Source of the DNA: Candidatus Sericytochromatia bacterium
GTDB taxonomy: Bacteria; Cyanobacteriota; Sericytochromatia; S15B-MN24; JAQBPE01
Length of the DNA: 64,000 nt
Direction of reading: 5' to 3'
Assembly: GCA_035285125.1 (NCBI GenBank)
Contig: JAYKHR010000045.1
Location: 1-64,000, forward strand
Position numbers and translations under genes: made by a program. The notes beneath the pieces were generated by a model. It had not been told where the DNA came from. It was given only the letters and a program-made list of their open reading frames with translations, and ran no database searches. Shown here piece by piece: positions 37,850 to 46,849 of the stretch. The first letter of the stretch is position 1; every line of letters begins with the position of its first letter.

Positions 37850-38632
37850 TCAGGACGGCTGTCCGAGCGGCTGGGGCGCCGCCTGGGCGGCCCCCGCGTC
37901 GAACACGAGCAACCGGCCGCCGTAAGCCGCCTGCAGGGCCGCAGGCGTGTAGACCTCGGCCGTCGGCCCGCAGGCCACGACCCCCCGGTTGAGCAGCAAC
38001 AGGTGGTCGAAGGCCTGTCGGGCCGTGTGCAGGTCGTGGTGGACGACGACCACCGTCCCGCCGCCGTCTCGGATGGCCTGGAGCTGCGCGAGGATCAGGG
38101 CCTCGCTCGTGGCATCGACGCCCGCGAAGGGCTCGTCGAGCAGGTAGAGCTCGGCCCCCTGGGCCAGCGCCCGCGCCAGGAAGACCCGCTGCTGCTGGCC
38201 TCCGGAAAGGTCCCCGATGCGGCGGTCGGCCAGGGCGCTCAGGTCGACGCGGGCCAGCGCGGCCTCGGCCGCCGCGTGGTCCGACCGCCGCCAGGGCGCC
38301 CACCAGGGGCTGTGGCCGTGGCGGCCCATGATCACGACATCCTTCACGGTGGCGGGGAAGTCCCAATCGACGGCCGAGCGCTGCGGCACGTAGGCGACAC
38401 CGCGCCGCCGGGCCGCGAGGCCCCCTCCGAGCACCCGCACCTCCCCCGAGGCGTGGGGCAGGAGCCCCAGCACGGCCTTCAGCAAGGTGCTCTTGCCCGC
38501 CCCGTTCGGCCCGAGCACCCCCGTCAGCGTGCCCCGGGGCAGGCTGAAGGCGACGTCCCGCAGCACGGGGTGGCCGGGGTAGCCGGCGCTCAGGCCCGTG
38601 ACGCCGAGCCCCTCGTGGCAGCGCTCGCTCAT
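37850..38632 (-). CDS. Metal ABC transporter ATPase (TroB/MntB-like)
   Basis: GPNGAGKST, YVPQRS.VDWDFP, LSGGQQQR, LLDEPF. Confidence 0.93.
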   Translation of the reverse strand: MSERCHEGLGVTGLSAGYPGHPVLRDVAFSLPRGTLTGVLGPNGAGKSTLLKAVLGLLPHASGEVRVLGGGLAARRRGVAYVPQRSAVDWDFPATVKDVVIMGRHGHSPWWAPWRRSDHAAAEAALARVDLSALADRRIGDLSGGQQQRVFLARALAQGAELYLLDEPFAGVDATSEALILAQLQAIRDGGGTVVVVHHDLHTARQAFDHLLLLNRGVVACGPTAEVYTPAALQAAYGGRLLVFDAGAAQAAPQPLGQPS

Positions 38633-39525
38633 CGCAGCCCCTCCACGAGGCGCGTGACGTTGTCCCGCACCATCCCCACGTAGCTGCCACCCGAGCCCTC
38701 GAGGACCCCGGTCGAGTCACTGTAAAGGGGCCCCCCCAGACGCACTTGGCCCTGGGAGGCCAGCGCCTCGATGAGCTTGGGGTTCACGGAGCTCTCGAAA
38801 AAGACCATGGGCACCGCGCCCGCCTTGAGGATGGCGAGCGCCCGGCTGACATCCTGCGTGCTGGCCTCCGCCTCGGTCGAGACGCCCTGCAGGGCGACGA
38901 CCTCAAAGCCGTAGGCCTCGCCGAAGTAGGCGAAGGCGTCATGGCTCGTGACCAGGCGGCGCCGCGGGGTCGGCACCACCGCGAGTCGACGCCGCACCCA
39001 GGCGTCCAGCGCCGCGAGCTGGGCGTCATACAGGCGGCCGTTGGCCTCGTAGGTGTCCAGACCAGCCGGGTCGAGCCGCGTGAGGGCCCCCACCACGACG
39101 CCGACGGTCCGCCGCCAGCGGGCCACGTCGAACCAGACGTGGGGGTCGGGCACCTTGGGGTCGGCCTGGCTCTGGCGGTGCGGGATGGCCTCGGCCACGG
39201 CGACGACGGGCACGGTGGGGCTGGCCTGGCGGGCCAGGTCCGGCAGCCAGGGCTCGAGGTGGAGGCCGTTGTGGACGACCAGCCGGGCCCCGGCGACGGC
39301 CTCCGCGTCGGCGGGCACAGGCCGGTAGACGTGGGGATCGCCGCCCGGCGCGAGCAGCCCGTGCACCGCGACGCGCGGCCCACCGACGTGCCGCACGAGG
39401 TCCGTCACCATGGTGGTGGTGGCCACCACGGGGATTGCCCCGCCCCCGGATGCTGGCCTGGCGGCGCACGCGCCCGAGCCCAGGAGCCCGGACAGGGCCA
39501 GCGCGAGCAGGCGTCGGCGGCTCAT
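38629..39525 (-). CDS. Metal ABC substrate-binding lipoprotein (TroA/MntA/ZnuA cluster A-I)
   Basis: Lipobox-like SGAC; DPHVY, DPHVW, TSHDAF, LYSDS metal-ligand motifs. Confidence 0.92.
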   Translation of the reverse strand: MSRRRLLALALSGLLGSGACAARPASGGGAIPVVATTTMVTDLVRHVGGPRVAVHGLLAPGGDPHVYRPVPADAEAVAGARLVVHNGLHLEPWLPDLARQASPTVPVVAVAEAIPHRQSQADPKVPDPHVWFDVARWRRTVGVVVGALTRLDPAGLDTYEANGRLYDAQLAALDAWVRRRLAVVPTPRRRLVTSHDAFAYFGEAYGFEVVALQGVSTEAEASTQDVSRALAILKAGAVPMVFFESSVNPKLIEALASQGQVRLGGPLYSDSTGVLEGSGGSYVGMVRDNVTRLVEGLR

Positions 39526-40241
39526 CGGGCCACCTCCGGGGCGCTCAGGCACTCGACGAACACGCTGTCCGTGACGTGGGAACCCAGGGCGTGGCGGGCA
39601 TCGCCAGGCTGCACGCGGATGGTCAGGGGCCCGTCGAAGGGGGCCCGCTCCAGAACGTCGAGCACGGCGTGGGGGTACATGCCGAGGCCCCCGAGGTAGC
39701 GCAGCAGGGCCGGGTCGCTGTCCTTCACGCGACGGATGCGCACGGCCTGGCCCGGGGCGATCGCCGAGAGGGGCGTCCAGCGCACGGAGGGCATCGAGCC
39801 ATCGCGGGCCGGGATGGGGTCGCCGTGCGGGTCCTCGGTGGGCTCTTTCAGGAAGGCGGCCATGCGGTCCTCCATGGCCTCGGAGATGACGTGCTCGAGC
39901 CGCTCTGCCTCGGCATCGACCTCGTCCCAGGTGTAGCCGAGCGCCTTGATCAGGTACAGCTCGATCAGGCGATGGTGCCGGATCAGCTCCAGCGCGAGGC
40001 GGCGGCCCGGCTCCGTCAGCTGCACCCCCTGGTAGGGGTGGTGGGTCAGCCACCCGGCGCGCGCCAGCTTCTTGAGCATCCCGGAGACCGAGGCTGGCGC
40101 GAAGCCCAGCTTCTCGGCGATGGCGGTGGTGGAGGGAACCTCTCCGCCGTCCTCGAGCTTGAAGATGGCCTTGATGTAGTCCTGGATGGCGGGTGAGGTG
40201 TCGCCCAGCAGGCTGGTGTGAACGAGTGGCTCTTTAGGCAT
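39522..40241 (-). CDS. DtxR/MntR-family metal-dependent repressor with FeoA domain
   Basis: QDYIKAI, ASVSGMLKKL, RHHRLIELYL, EAERLEH, DPHGDPIP, C-terminal FeoA/SH3-like domain. Confidence 0.92.
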   Translation of the reverse strand: MPKEPLVHTSLLGDTSPAIQDYIKAIFKLEDGGEVPSTTAIAEKLGFAPASVSGMLKKLARAGWLTHHPYQGVQLTEPGRRLALELIRHHRLIELYLIKALGYTWDEVDAEAERLEHVISEAMEDRMAAFLKEPTEDPHGDPIPARDGSMPSVRWTPLSAIAPGQAVRIRRVKDSDPALLRYLGGLGMYPHAVLDVLERAPFDGPLTIRVQPGDARHALGSHVTDSVFVECLSAPEVAR

Positions 40242-40248
40242 GCCTAAA
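40233..40248. promoter_or_regulatory. DtxR/MntR-type operator palindrome
   Basis: Perfect 16-bp palindrome TTTAGGCATGCCTAAA with TTAGG...CCTAA half-sites, centred on the regulator's ATG. Confidence 0.8.
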
Positions 40249-40276
40249 TAGTATCGATGGCCATGGCAAAATTCAA
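40248..40276 (-). promoter_or_regulatory. sigma70 promoter of the metal uptake operon (leaderless)
   Basis: TTGAAT, 17 nt, TACTAT, 6 nt, ATG. Confidence 0.75.
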
Positions 40277-40399
40277 GACCCAGGCGGGCCCAAGTCAGGC
40301 CCGCGCGGGGCCAGGCGAGAGGGAAGGCCGCGCGGCGGGTATCTGGCCAGGACCGGGGCGTTCTGCGCCCGCCGTCCCCCCACCTCACCCGTAGGTGCC

Positions 40400-41716
40400 G
40401 TGCAACTCACTGCCTTGGTTGCCATGGCCTGGCCACTGCTGGGCACCACCCACCTCGTCTTGACGGTGTGGAACCTGCGTCGCTTCCGGGGACAGGCCCC
40501 GCAGCCCGGCGGGGGGTCGGCCCCAGAGCCCCCCGACAGCGCCGCGGCTGCCAGCGGCGGGGTCGAACGCGGCCCGGCCTTGGAGCAGGCCACCGCGCCG
40601 GGGGACCCAGGCCTAGCCCCGGTGCTGGCCACCGGGCTGGGCGGGCAGGAGCCGCCACGGGGTGACGCCCCCCCCGCCCCGCAAATCTCGGTGGTGATCC
40701 CGGCCCGCGACGAGGCGGCCGGCATCGGGGCCTGCATCGCGAGCGTGCGGGCGCAGGATCTCCCCGAGGTGGAGGTGCTGATCATCGACGACGGCTCCAC
40801 CGACGGCACGGCCGACGCCGCCCGGGCAGCGGCCGACGAGGATCCCCGCGTGCGGGTGATCGCGACCCCCGAGCCCGAGGCTGGCTGGTCCGGCCAGGCT
40901 TGGGCCTGCGCGAGGGGCTACGAGGAGGCGCGGGGGCGCTGGCTGGTGTTCCTGGACGCCGACGTCACGCTGGCCCCTGGCGCCTTGCAGGCCGCCCTGG
41001 CGGCTGCCGAGGACGCCTCGGCCACCCTGGTGGCCTGGTGCCCCCGCGAGGCGGCGGGGCCCCCCCTCCAAGCCCTGGCCTCGCCCCTTCACCAGGACCT
41101 GCTGCTGGCCCTGGCCCCCCTGGAGCTGCTGGAGAGCCATCCGGATCCCCGCCTGGCCTGGCCGTTTGCCGGGTGCCTCCTTGTCGAACGCGGCAGCTAC
41201 CTGCGCGCGGGAGGCCACGCCGGCACCCCCGCTGCCACGGCGACGGGGCTGGCCCTCACCCGGGCCGTCAAGGCCGCCGGGGGCCGGGTGCTGCTGCGCG
41301 ATGCCGGCGCCGGCACGGTGACAGGGCCGCTGGCCGGTCCCCCGGCCGTGCTGGAGGCACTGCGTCGGCGCCTGTACCCGGCGCTGGGGGGCTCGGATGG
41401 CCCCTGCTTCGGGCTTCTCGCCGCCGTCGCCGTGCTGTACGTGTTGCCTCCCCTGGCGGCCCTGGTGGGCTGGTTGGCCGGCTGGCCCGGGCTCGCCACG
41501 GCCGGGTTGCTCCAGACCCTCCTGGCGATCGCCGGGCGGGCCTTGCAAGTGGTGCAGCTGGGGCGAGCCCCCTGGACCGCGCCCCTCGCCCCGCTCGCGG
41601 CCGGCGCCTGGCTGGGTCTCGTGCTGATGTCGCGGCAGGCTTGGCGCAAGGGGGGCGTCCCATGGAAGGGCCGCGCCTGCCCCGCCCCGGTCGCCCCCAA
41701 GGCCGGCACGGGGTAG
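40400..41716 (+). CDS. GT2 glycosyltransferase, CrtQ/HpnB-like, possibly degenerate
   Basis: SVVIPARDE, DDGSTDGT, GWSGQAWAC, FLDAD, C-terminal TM helices and WKGR. Confidence 0.8.
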   Translation: MQLTALVAMAWPLLGTTHLVLTVWNLRRFRGQAPQPGGGSAPEPPDSAAAASGGVERGPALEQATAPGDPGLAPVLATGLGGQEPPRGDAPPAPQISVVIPARDEAAGIGACIASVRAQDLPEVEVLIIDDGSTDGTADAARAAADEDPRVRVIATPEPEAGWSGQAWACARGYEEARGRWLVFLDADVTLAPGALQAALAAAEDASATLVAWCPREAAGPPLQALASPLHQDLLLALAPLELLESHPDPRLAWPFAGCLLVERGSYLRAGGHAGTPAATATGLALTRAVKAAGGRVLLRDAGAGTVTGPLAGPPAVLEALRRRLYPALGGSDGPCFGLLAAVAVLYVLPPLAALVGWLAGWPGLATAGLLQTLLAIAGRALQVVQLGRAPWTAPLAPLAAGAWLGLVLMSRQAWRKGGVPWKGRACPAPVAPKAGTG

Positions 41717-41772
41717 AATGTCGCGGCGCGCTCGCAGGTGCGCGACCGACCCCTCAGGAAGGAGCCCCTCCA

Positions 41773-42240
41773 ATGGCCCCCATGATCGAGTCCGGGCAAG
41801 CGGCCCCGGCCTTCACGCTCACGGCACACACGGGAGAGGCCGTCTCCCTGGAGGCCCTGCGGGGCAAGACCGTGGTGCTGTACTTCTATCCGAAGGACGA
41901 CACGCCCGGCTGCACCAAGGAGGCGTGCTCGTTCCGCGACCACTGGGCGACGCTGCAGGCCCAGGGGGTGGTGGTGCTCGGCGTCAGCCCGGACGGCGTG
42001 GCGTCCCACGAGAAGTTCGCCACCAAGTACGCTCTGCCGTTTCCGCTGCTGGCCGACCCGGACCACGCCGTCGCAGAGGCCTATGGCACCTGGGGCTCCA
42101 AGTCGATGTACGGCAAGACGGTGACCGGCATTCTGCGGACGACGTTCCTGATCGGCGCGGACGGCATCGTGCGGCACGTCTTCAAGAAGCCCAAGACGGA
42201 CATCCACGCCGAAGAGGTGCTGGCCCGGTTGGCGCCGTGA
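41773..42240 (+). CDS. bcp: Peroxiredoxin BCP/PrxQ
   Basis: VLYFYPKDDTPGCTKEACSFRD, FPLLAD, RTTFLI. Confidence 0.95.
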   Translation: MAPMIESGQAAPAFTLTAHTGEAVSLEALRGKTVVLYFYPKDDTPGCTKEACSFRDHWATLQAQGVVVLGVSPDGVASHEKFATKYALPFPLLADPDHAVAEAYGTWGSKSMYGKTVTGILRTTFLIGADGIVRHVFKKPKTDIHAEEVLARLAP

Positions 42241-42263
42241 TCATCCGGTCGGCAGGAGGCCCC

Positions 42264-43085
42264 ATGCGACGCACCCACACCCCCGCGATGCTTCTGACCC
42301 TGGCGGGCGGCCTCCTGCACGGCTGCATGCTCGCGACCCCGCCCACGGGGCTGTGCCTCACGGACGCCTGCCGCGACTTCGAGGCGAAGCGCACGGCCCA
42401 GGCCGCGCCGACGCCGCAGGACCAGAGCCACAAGGCACCGGACTTCGAACTCGTGTACCCTGGCTACTGGGGAATGATGGGGACGGCGGCCCGCAACGAG
42501 GCCGGCCAGGACGTGGTCCAGCCGCTGCTCGATCAGACAGACCCTAGCGGGCTCTCGACGCTGCGCATCTCCGTCGGGCGGTCGATCCCGGTGGCGGAGG
42601 GGGGCTCGGTGGCCGAGTCGCTGCGGGTGATCACCATCAACCGCCCGCTGACCCCGGGCACGCCGCCAGCGGCCTCCCTCGAGGAGCTGACGCGCCTCAC
42701 CACCCGGCAGAACTTCCAGGACGCGGCAGAGCTCGTGGAGGGCCCGGCCAAGCTGGCTGGCCTGCCCGGCTACCAGGTGTCGGTGGTGGGGCTGCCGCGC
42801 GCCGGCGGCACGCTGGCGATGCGGATGGTGACGCGCGCGGTGACCCACCGCAACCGCGGCTACATCGTCCGGCTCTCGGTGCCCGAGGTTCGCTACGCGG
42901 CGGCAGCCAGCGAGTACGACCGCGTCTTTTCAGGGTTCACGCTGCTCGACGGCGATCCTGTCTACCCGCTGCCGGCAGAGCCTGCCGCGGTGGCGTCGGG
43001 CCCGCTCTCTCCCACCGAGACGGTTGCGGCGACAGCGCCACAGCCCCCCGCCTCGCCCTCGCCCTCGCCAACGCCCGCCGGTTGA
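42264..43085 (+). CDS. Lipoprotein with a PsbP/DcrB-like fold
   Basis: Lipobox LHGC; FELVYPGYW start and C-terminal ...NRGYIVRLSVPE.RY...YDRVFSGF pattern; Pro-rich tail. Confidence 0.6.
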   Translation: MRRTHTPAMLLTLAGGLLHGCMLATPPTGLCLTDACRDFEAKRTAQAAPTPQDQSHKAPDFELVYPGYWGMMGTAARNEAGQDVVQPLLDQTDPSGLSTLRISVGRSIPVAEGGSVAESLRVITINRPLTPGTPPAASLEELTRLTTRQNFQDAAELVEGPAKLAGLPGYQVSVVGLPRAGGTLAMRMVTRAVTHRNRGYIVRLSVPEVRYAAAASEYDRVFSGFTLLDGDPVYPLPAEPAAVASGPLSPTETVAATAPQPPASPSPSPTPAG

Positions 43086-43159
43086 GGCGGCCGCGCCGGT
43101 CCCCGCGTCGGGGAGCCGGTCGGGTATACTGTAACGCGCCCCACCTCCGAGGAGATTCC

Positions 43160-44542
43160 ATGTCCCGCAAGATGTTTCTCAGCCTCGCCGCCACCATCCT
43201 GGTGGGCAGCGCCTCGACGCTGGGAGCCTGGGCTGCCCCGGCCCGGACGCCCCAGGAGAACGAGCTGATCGAGGCTGCCTACGGCGGCCTGCTCCCCAAG
43301 GTGACCAGCCTGCTGGACCAGGGGGCCTCGGTGGAAGCCCAGGACGAGAACGGCTACACCGCCCTGCACTGGGCAGCCCAGTCGGGCTGGCCGCTGACGA
43401 GCAAGGCGCTCCTCGCCCGTGGGGCTGCGGTGGATGCGCGAGACAACGTGGGCCGGACCCCCCTGCTGCTCGCGACCGTGCGGAAGAAGCCTGCCGTCGT
43501 GAAGGTGCTGATCGCCAGCGGCGCGGACCCCAACGCCAAGGACAGCAACGGCCTCAGCCCCCTGGAGTATGCCCGCACGAACCGCCTGGGGCCGCTCGTC
43601 GGCTTGTTGAGCCAGGGGGCCCTTCCCACGAAGCCCGCCGCCCACGGCGCAGCCCACGGCGACGCCCACGGCGACGCCCACGCCAAGCCAGCCAGCCACG
43701 GCGCAGCCCACGGCGACGCCCACGCCAAGCCAGCCAGCCACGGCGCGGCCCACGGCGACGCCCACGCCAAGCCCGCAGCCCACGGCGCAGCCCACGCCAA
43801 GCCAGCCAGCCACGGCGCGGCCCACGGCGACGCCCACGCCAAGCCCGCAGCCCACGGCGCAGCCCACGGCGCAGCCCACGGCGACGCCCACGCCAAGCCC
43901 GCAGCCCACGGCGCGGCCCACGGCGCGGCCCACGGCGACGCCCACGCCAAGCCCGCAGCCCACGGCGCGGCCCACGGCGACGCCCACGCCAAGACCGCAG
44001 CCCACGGCGCAGCCCACGGCGACGCCCACGCCAAGACCGCAGCCCACGGCGCAGCCCACGGCGCGGCCCACGGCGACACCCACGCCAAGACCGCAGCCCC
44101 TTCGGCAGGTCACGGAGACGACGACCACCACGATGCCCCCGCCCCGTTCCCCACGCCGGCGCGACCCGCTGCGGTGAAGACCGCGGGCGGCACGCCTGCC
44201 CGGGTGGCCTCGGCCAGCGGGGCCACGGCCACGCTCGGGGCGCGCTTCCGCAGCGAGCTGCAAAAGCTCTACGGGCAGTACACCGACCACGTGGGCAAGC
44301 GCGACCCGGATAACCTCAACCAGCGGGGCTTCGACCAGGACACCGAGGACAAGCTGGAGCAGCTGTTCAACCTGCTGGCATACGGTGGCAAGGAGTCCGT
44401 CACCCGGACGAAGCTGGCAGACGCCCGCAGCCTGCTGGCCGGCGCGCTCAAGCGCGCCGAGAGCCCGGACGGCAACGACGACAAGGACTGCCGCGAGACC
44501 CTCGAGGCTGTCGACCAGCTGCTCACGGCAGAGGGTTACTGA
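43160..44542 (+). CDS. Secreted ankyrin-repeat protein with a His/Ala-rich tandem repeat and helical C-terminal domain
   Basis: Signal peptide ending AWA; ankyrin repeats GYTALHWAA, GRTPLLLA, GLSPLEYA; repeat at 43631-44086. Confidence 0.88.
   Translation: MSRKMFLSLAATILVGSASTLGAWAAPARTPQENELIEAAYGGLLPKVTSLLDQGASVEAQDENGYTALHWAAQSGWPLTSKALLARGAAVDARDNVGRTPLLLATVRKKPAVVKVLIASGADPNAKDSNGLSPLEYARTNRLGPLVGLLSQGALPTKPAAHGAAHGDAHGDAHAKPASHGAAHGDAHAKPASHGAAHGDAHAKPAAHGAAHAKPASHGAAHGDAHAKPAAHGAAHGAAHGDAHAKPAAHGAAHGAAHGDAHAKPAAHGAAHGDAHAKTAAHGAAHGDAHAKTAAHGAAHGAAHGDTHAKTAAPSAGHGDDDHHDAPAPFPTPARPAAVKTAGGTPARVASASGATATLGARFRSELQKLYGQYTDHVGKRDPDNLNQRGFDQDTEDKLEQLFNLLAYGGKESVTRTKLADARSLLAGALKRAESPDGNDDKDCRETLEAVDQLLTAEGY
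43631..44086 (+). repeat. In-frame tandem repeat, 10 units of 30-54 nt built from 12-nt HGAA/HGDA subunits
   Basis: Repeated GCCCACGGCGCA/GCCCACGGCGAC blocks separated by GCCAAGCCC/ACC; encodes K(P/T)A(A/S)(HGAA)n(HGDA)HA. Confidence 0.95.
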
Positions 44543-44638
44543 GCCCTGAACCGAAGGGCGCCCGCCGGCAGCCGGCGGCGCCCGGCAAGACCTGCATCAC
44601 CCTGACGACTTGAGGCCGCGGTACACATGCCGGCAGCC

Positions 44639-45427
44639 TCAGGTCGTCAGTCGGTGGCGGCGCAGGAAGGCCGCGTAGGCCGCTGAGAACACCGTGGGCT
44701 CGTACTCGCGGAACAGGTGCCCGGCCCGTGGCACAACCAGGATCTGGGCGTCCGGCCGCCTGGCCCGGACCTCCACGCAGGCTTCGAGCGGCACGAGCTC
44801 GTCACGGTCGCCCACGACGAAGAGCAGGGGCAGGCGCTCCCCCTCGGCCTCCAGGGCGTCCCAGCCCACGGCCGGCGTCTCGGGCAGGCCCTCCAGGAGG
44901 GTACCGACCTGCCGGGCCAGCCCCCGCCAGTGGTCCGGGCCGTGGTGGCGGCCGTGGAGCTCCGCCAGGTAGCGGTCCCAGTGCGGGTAGGCCCGGAGGA
45001 TCGCGTCGGGCTGGAAGAACTCCTGCCGGCCCGCGGCGTGGTCCCGGGTCCAGCCCGGCCGGACGCCCGCGAGGGCCAGGGTGGCCACCCGCTCCGGCGC
45101 GGCAGCGCGAAGCGCGAGCGCCACATAGCCCCCGAGCGAGGTGCCGAGGACGTGGACGCGCCCGAGCCCCAGGGCATCCAGCACGCCGAGCACATCGTCC
45201 CGCAGCATGTCGAGCTCGAAGCGCCCCCCGGGGTTGCTGCTGGCGCCATGCCCCCGCAGGTCCACCCCGATCAGCCGGTGACGGGCCGACAGCGGCCCCA
45301 ACACCAGCCTGTAGTTCTGCTCTGCCGTGGACAGCGCCCCGTGCAGCAGGAGCACAGGCTCGCCGTCCTCCCCCCAGGAAGCCCACGCAATCTCGGCGCC
45401 GTCAGGGGCGCGCCACGAGGAAGACAT
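44639..45427 (-). CDS. Alpha/beta hydrolase
   Basis: LLHGAL, DLRGHGAS, nucleophile GTSLGG, GDRDE, AGH. Confidence 0.9.
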   Translation of the reverse strand: MSSSWRAPDGAEIAWASWGEDGEPVLLLHGALSTAEQNYRLVLGPLSARHRLIGVDLRGHGASSNPGGRFELDMLRDDVLGVLDALGLGRVHVLGTSLGGYVALALRAAAPERVATLALAGVRPGWTRDHAAGRQEFFQPDAILRAYPHWDRYLAELHGRHHGPDHWRGLARQVGTLLEGLPETPAVGWDALEAEGERLPLLFVVGDRDELVPLEACVEVRARRPDAQILVVPRAGHLFREYEPTVFSAAYAAFLRRHRLTT

Positions 45428-45433
45428 CGCGCG

Positions 45434-46783
45434 TCACCCCACGCGGCTGGGGTTGGCCTCAGCGGCGACCTCGGACCGCTGCTCGGCGGCCGGCCGACCC
45501 ACGGAGTCGTACATGAACCCGAGCGAAGCCATCTTGCCGGGCTCGAAGACGTTGCGGCCATCGACCACGATCGGGCTACGCATCAGCGTCTTGAGGTAAG
45601 GCAGGTTCAGGCCCTGGAACTCGGCCCACTCCGTCAGCAACAGGAGGCAGTCGGCCCCCTCCGCCGCGGCGTAGGGGTGCTCGACGAAGGTGACGTCCGC
45701 CAGGACCTCGCGAGCCGTCTCGTGCGCCACGGGGTCGTACACCCGCACCACCGCGCCGCGCGCCTGCAGCCAGGGAATGATCTCCGCGCTGGGGGCCCCG
45801 CGCATGTCGTCGGTGTTGGGCTTGAAGGCCAGGCCGAGCACGCCGACAACCTTGCCGACGAGGTCGTCGCCCAGCGCACCAGTCACCTTGTGGGCCAAGT
45901 GGCGGCGCTGGTCCGCGTTGATGCGCTCCACGGCCCTCAGCAGCTCGAAGTCGTAGCCGTGCTTCTCGGCGATGGAGATGAAGGCCGCCACGTCCTTGGG
46001 GAAGCACGCCCCGCCATAGCCCACGCCGGCCCGCAGGAACTGCTCCCCGATGCGCTTGTCGAGGCCCACACCCTTTGCCACCTTCGTGATGTCGGCCCCG
46101 GTGCGCTCGCAAATTTGGGCCACGGCGTTGATGAAGCTGATCTTCATGGCAAGGAACGCGTTGGAGGCGTGCTTGATGAGCTCTGCGCTATTGAGGTCCG
46201 TCACGAGGATCGGGGCATTCAGCGGGGTGTACAGCTTGATGAGCAGGGAGGCGGCCCGGTCCGAGTTGACGCCGATTACCACGCGGTCGGACTCCAGGAA
46301 GTCCCGGATGGCCGACCCCTCCCGCAAGAACTCTGGGTTGCTGGCGATGTCGAAGTCGGCACCGGCGGGCAGGTGGCTGCGGAACAGCTCGGCCAGCCAC
46401 TCCCCCGTGCGCACCGGCACCGTGCTCTTCTCGACGATGAGCTTGTAGCCGTTCATGGCCGGCGCCATCGCCCGCGCCACGTGCTCGAAGGCTGACAGGT
46501 CCGCCTCGCCGTTCGGTTTGGGCGGGGTGCCGACGCAGATGAAGATGGCCTCAGAGCACGCCGTGGCCTCGGCGATGTCCGTCGTGAAGTGGAGCCGCCC
46601 CTCCGCCACGTTCGTGCGCACCAGCACGTCGAGACCTGGCTCGTAGATGGGCATCTGCCCCGCCTTGAGCTTCTCGACCTTCGCGACCTGGTTGTCCACG
46701 CACACGACGCGATGCCCCAGGTGCGCGAAGCAGGCGCCGGTCACGAGGCCGACGTAGCCGCTCCCGATGATGGCGATGTCCAT
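45434..46783 (-). CDS. ugd: UDP-glucose 6-dehydrogenase
   Basis: IGSGYVG, KSTVP, NPEFLREG, GYGGACFPKD, GLAFKPNTDDMR. Confidence 0.95.
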   Translation of the reverse strand: MDIAIIGSGYVGLVTGACFAHLGHRVVCVDNQVAKVEKLKAGQMPIYEPGLDVLVRTNVAEGRLHFTTDIAEATACSEAIFICVGTPPKPNGEADLSAFEHVARAMAPAMNGYKLIVEKSTVPVRTGEWLAELFRSHLPAGADFDIASNPEFLREGSAIRDFLESDRVVIGVNSDRAASLLIKLYTPLNAPILVTDLNSAELIKHASNAFLAMKISFINAVAQICERTGADITKVAKGVGLDKRIGEQFLRAGVGYGGACFPKDVAAFISIAEKHGYDFELLRAVERINADQRRHLAHKVTGALGDDLVGKVVGVLGLAFKPNTDDMRGAPSAEIIPWLQARGAVVRVYDPVAHETAREVLADVTFVEHPYAAAEGADCLLLLTEWAEFQGLNLPYLKTLMRSPIVVDGRNVFEPGKMASLGFMYDSVGRPAAEQRSEVAAEANPSRVG

Positions 46784-46849
46784 TGGGCGCTCCCCCTTCT
46801 CGAACGGGTCGGATGTGATGCCCATGACATCGGCGACCTGCCACCAATT

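Noticed and set aside
43631..44086. Repeat array considered as a CRISPR or ncRNA array
   Set aside because: No unique spacers, all units are multiples of 3 nt with synonymous third-position variation, it lies inside a CDS, and no cas genes are present.
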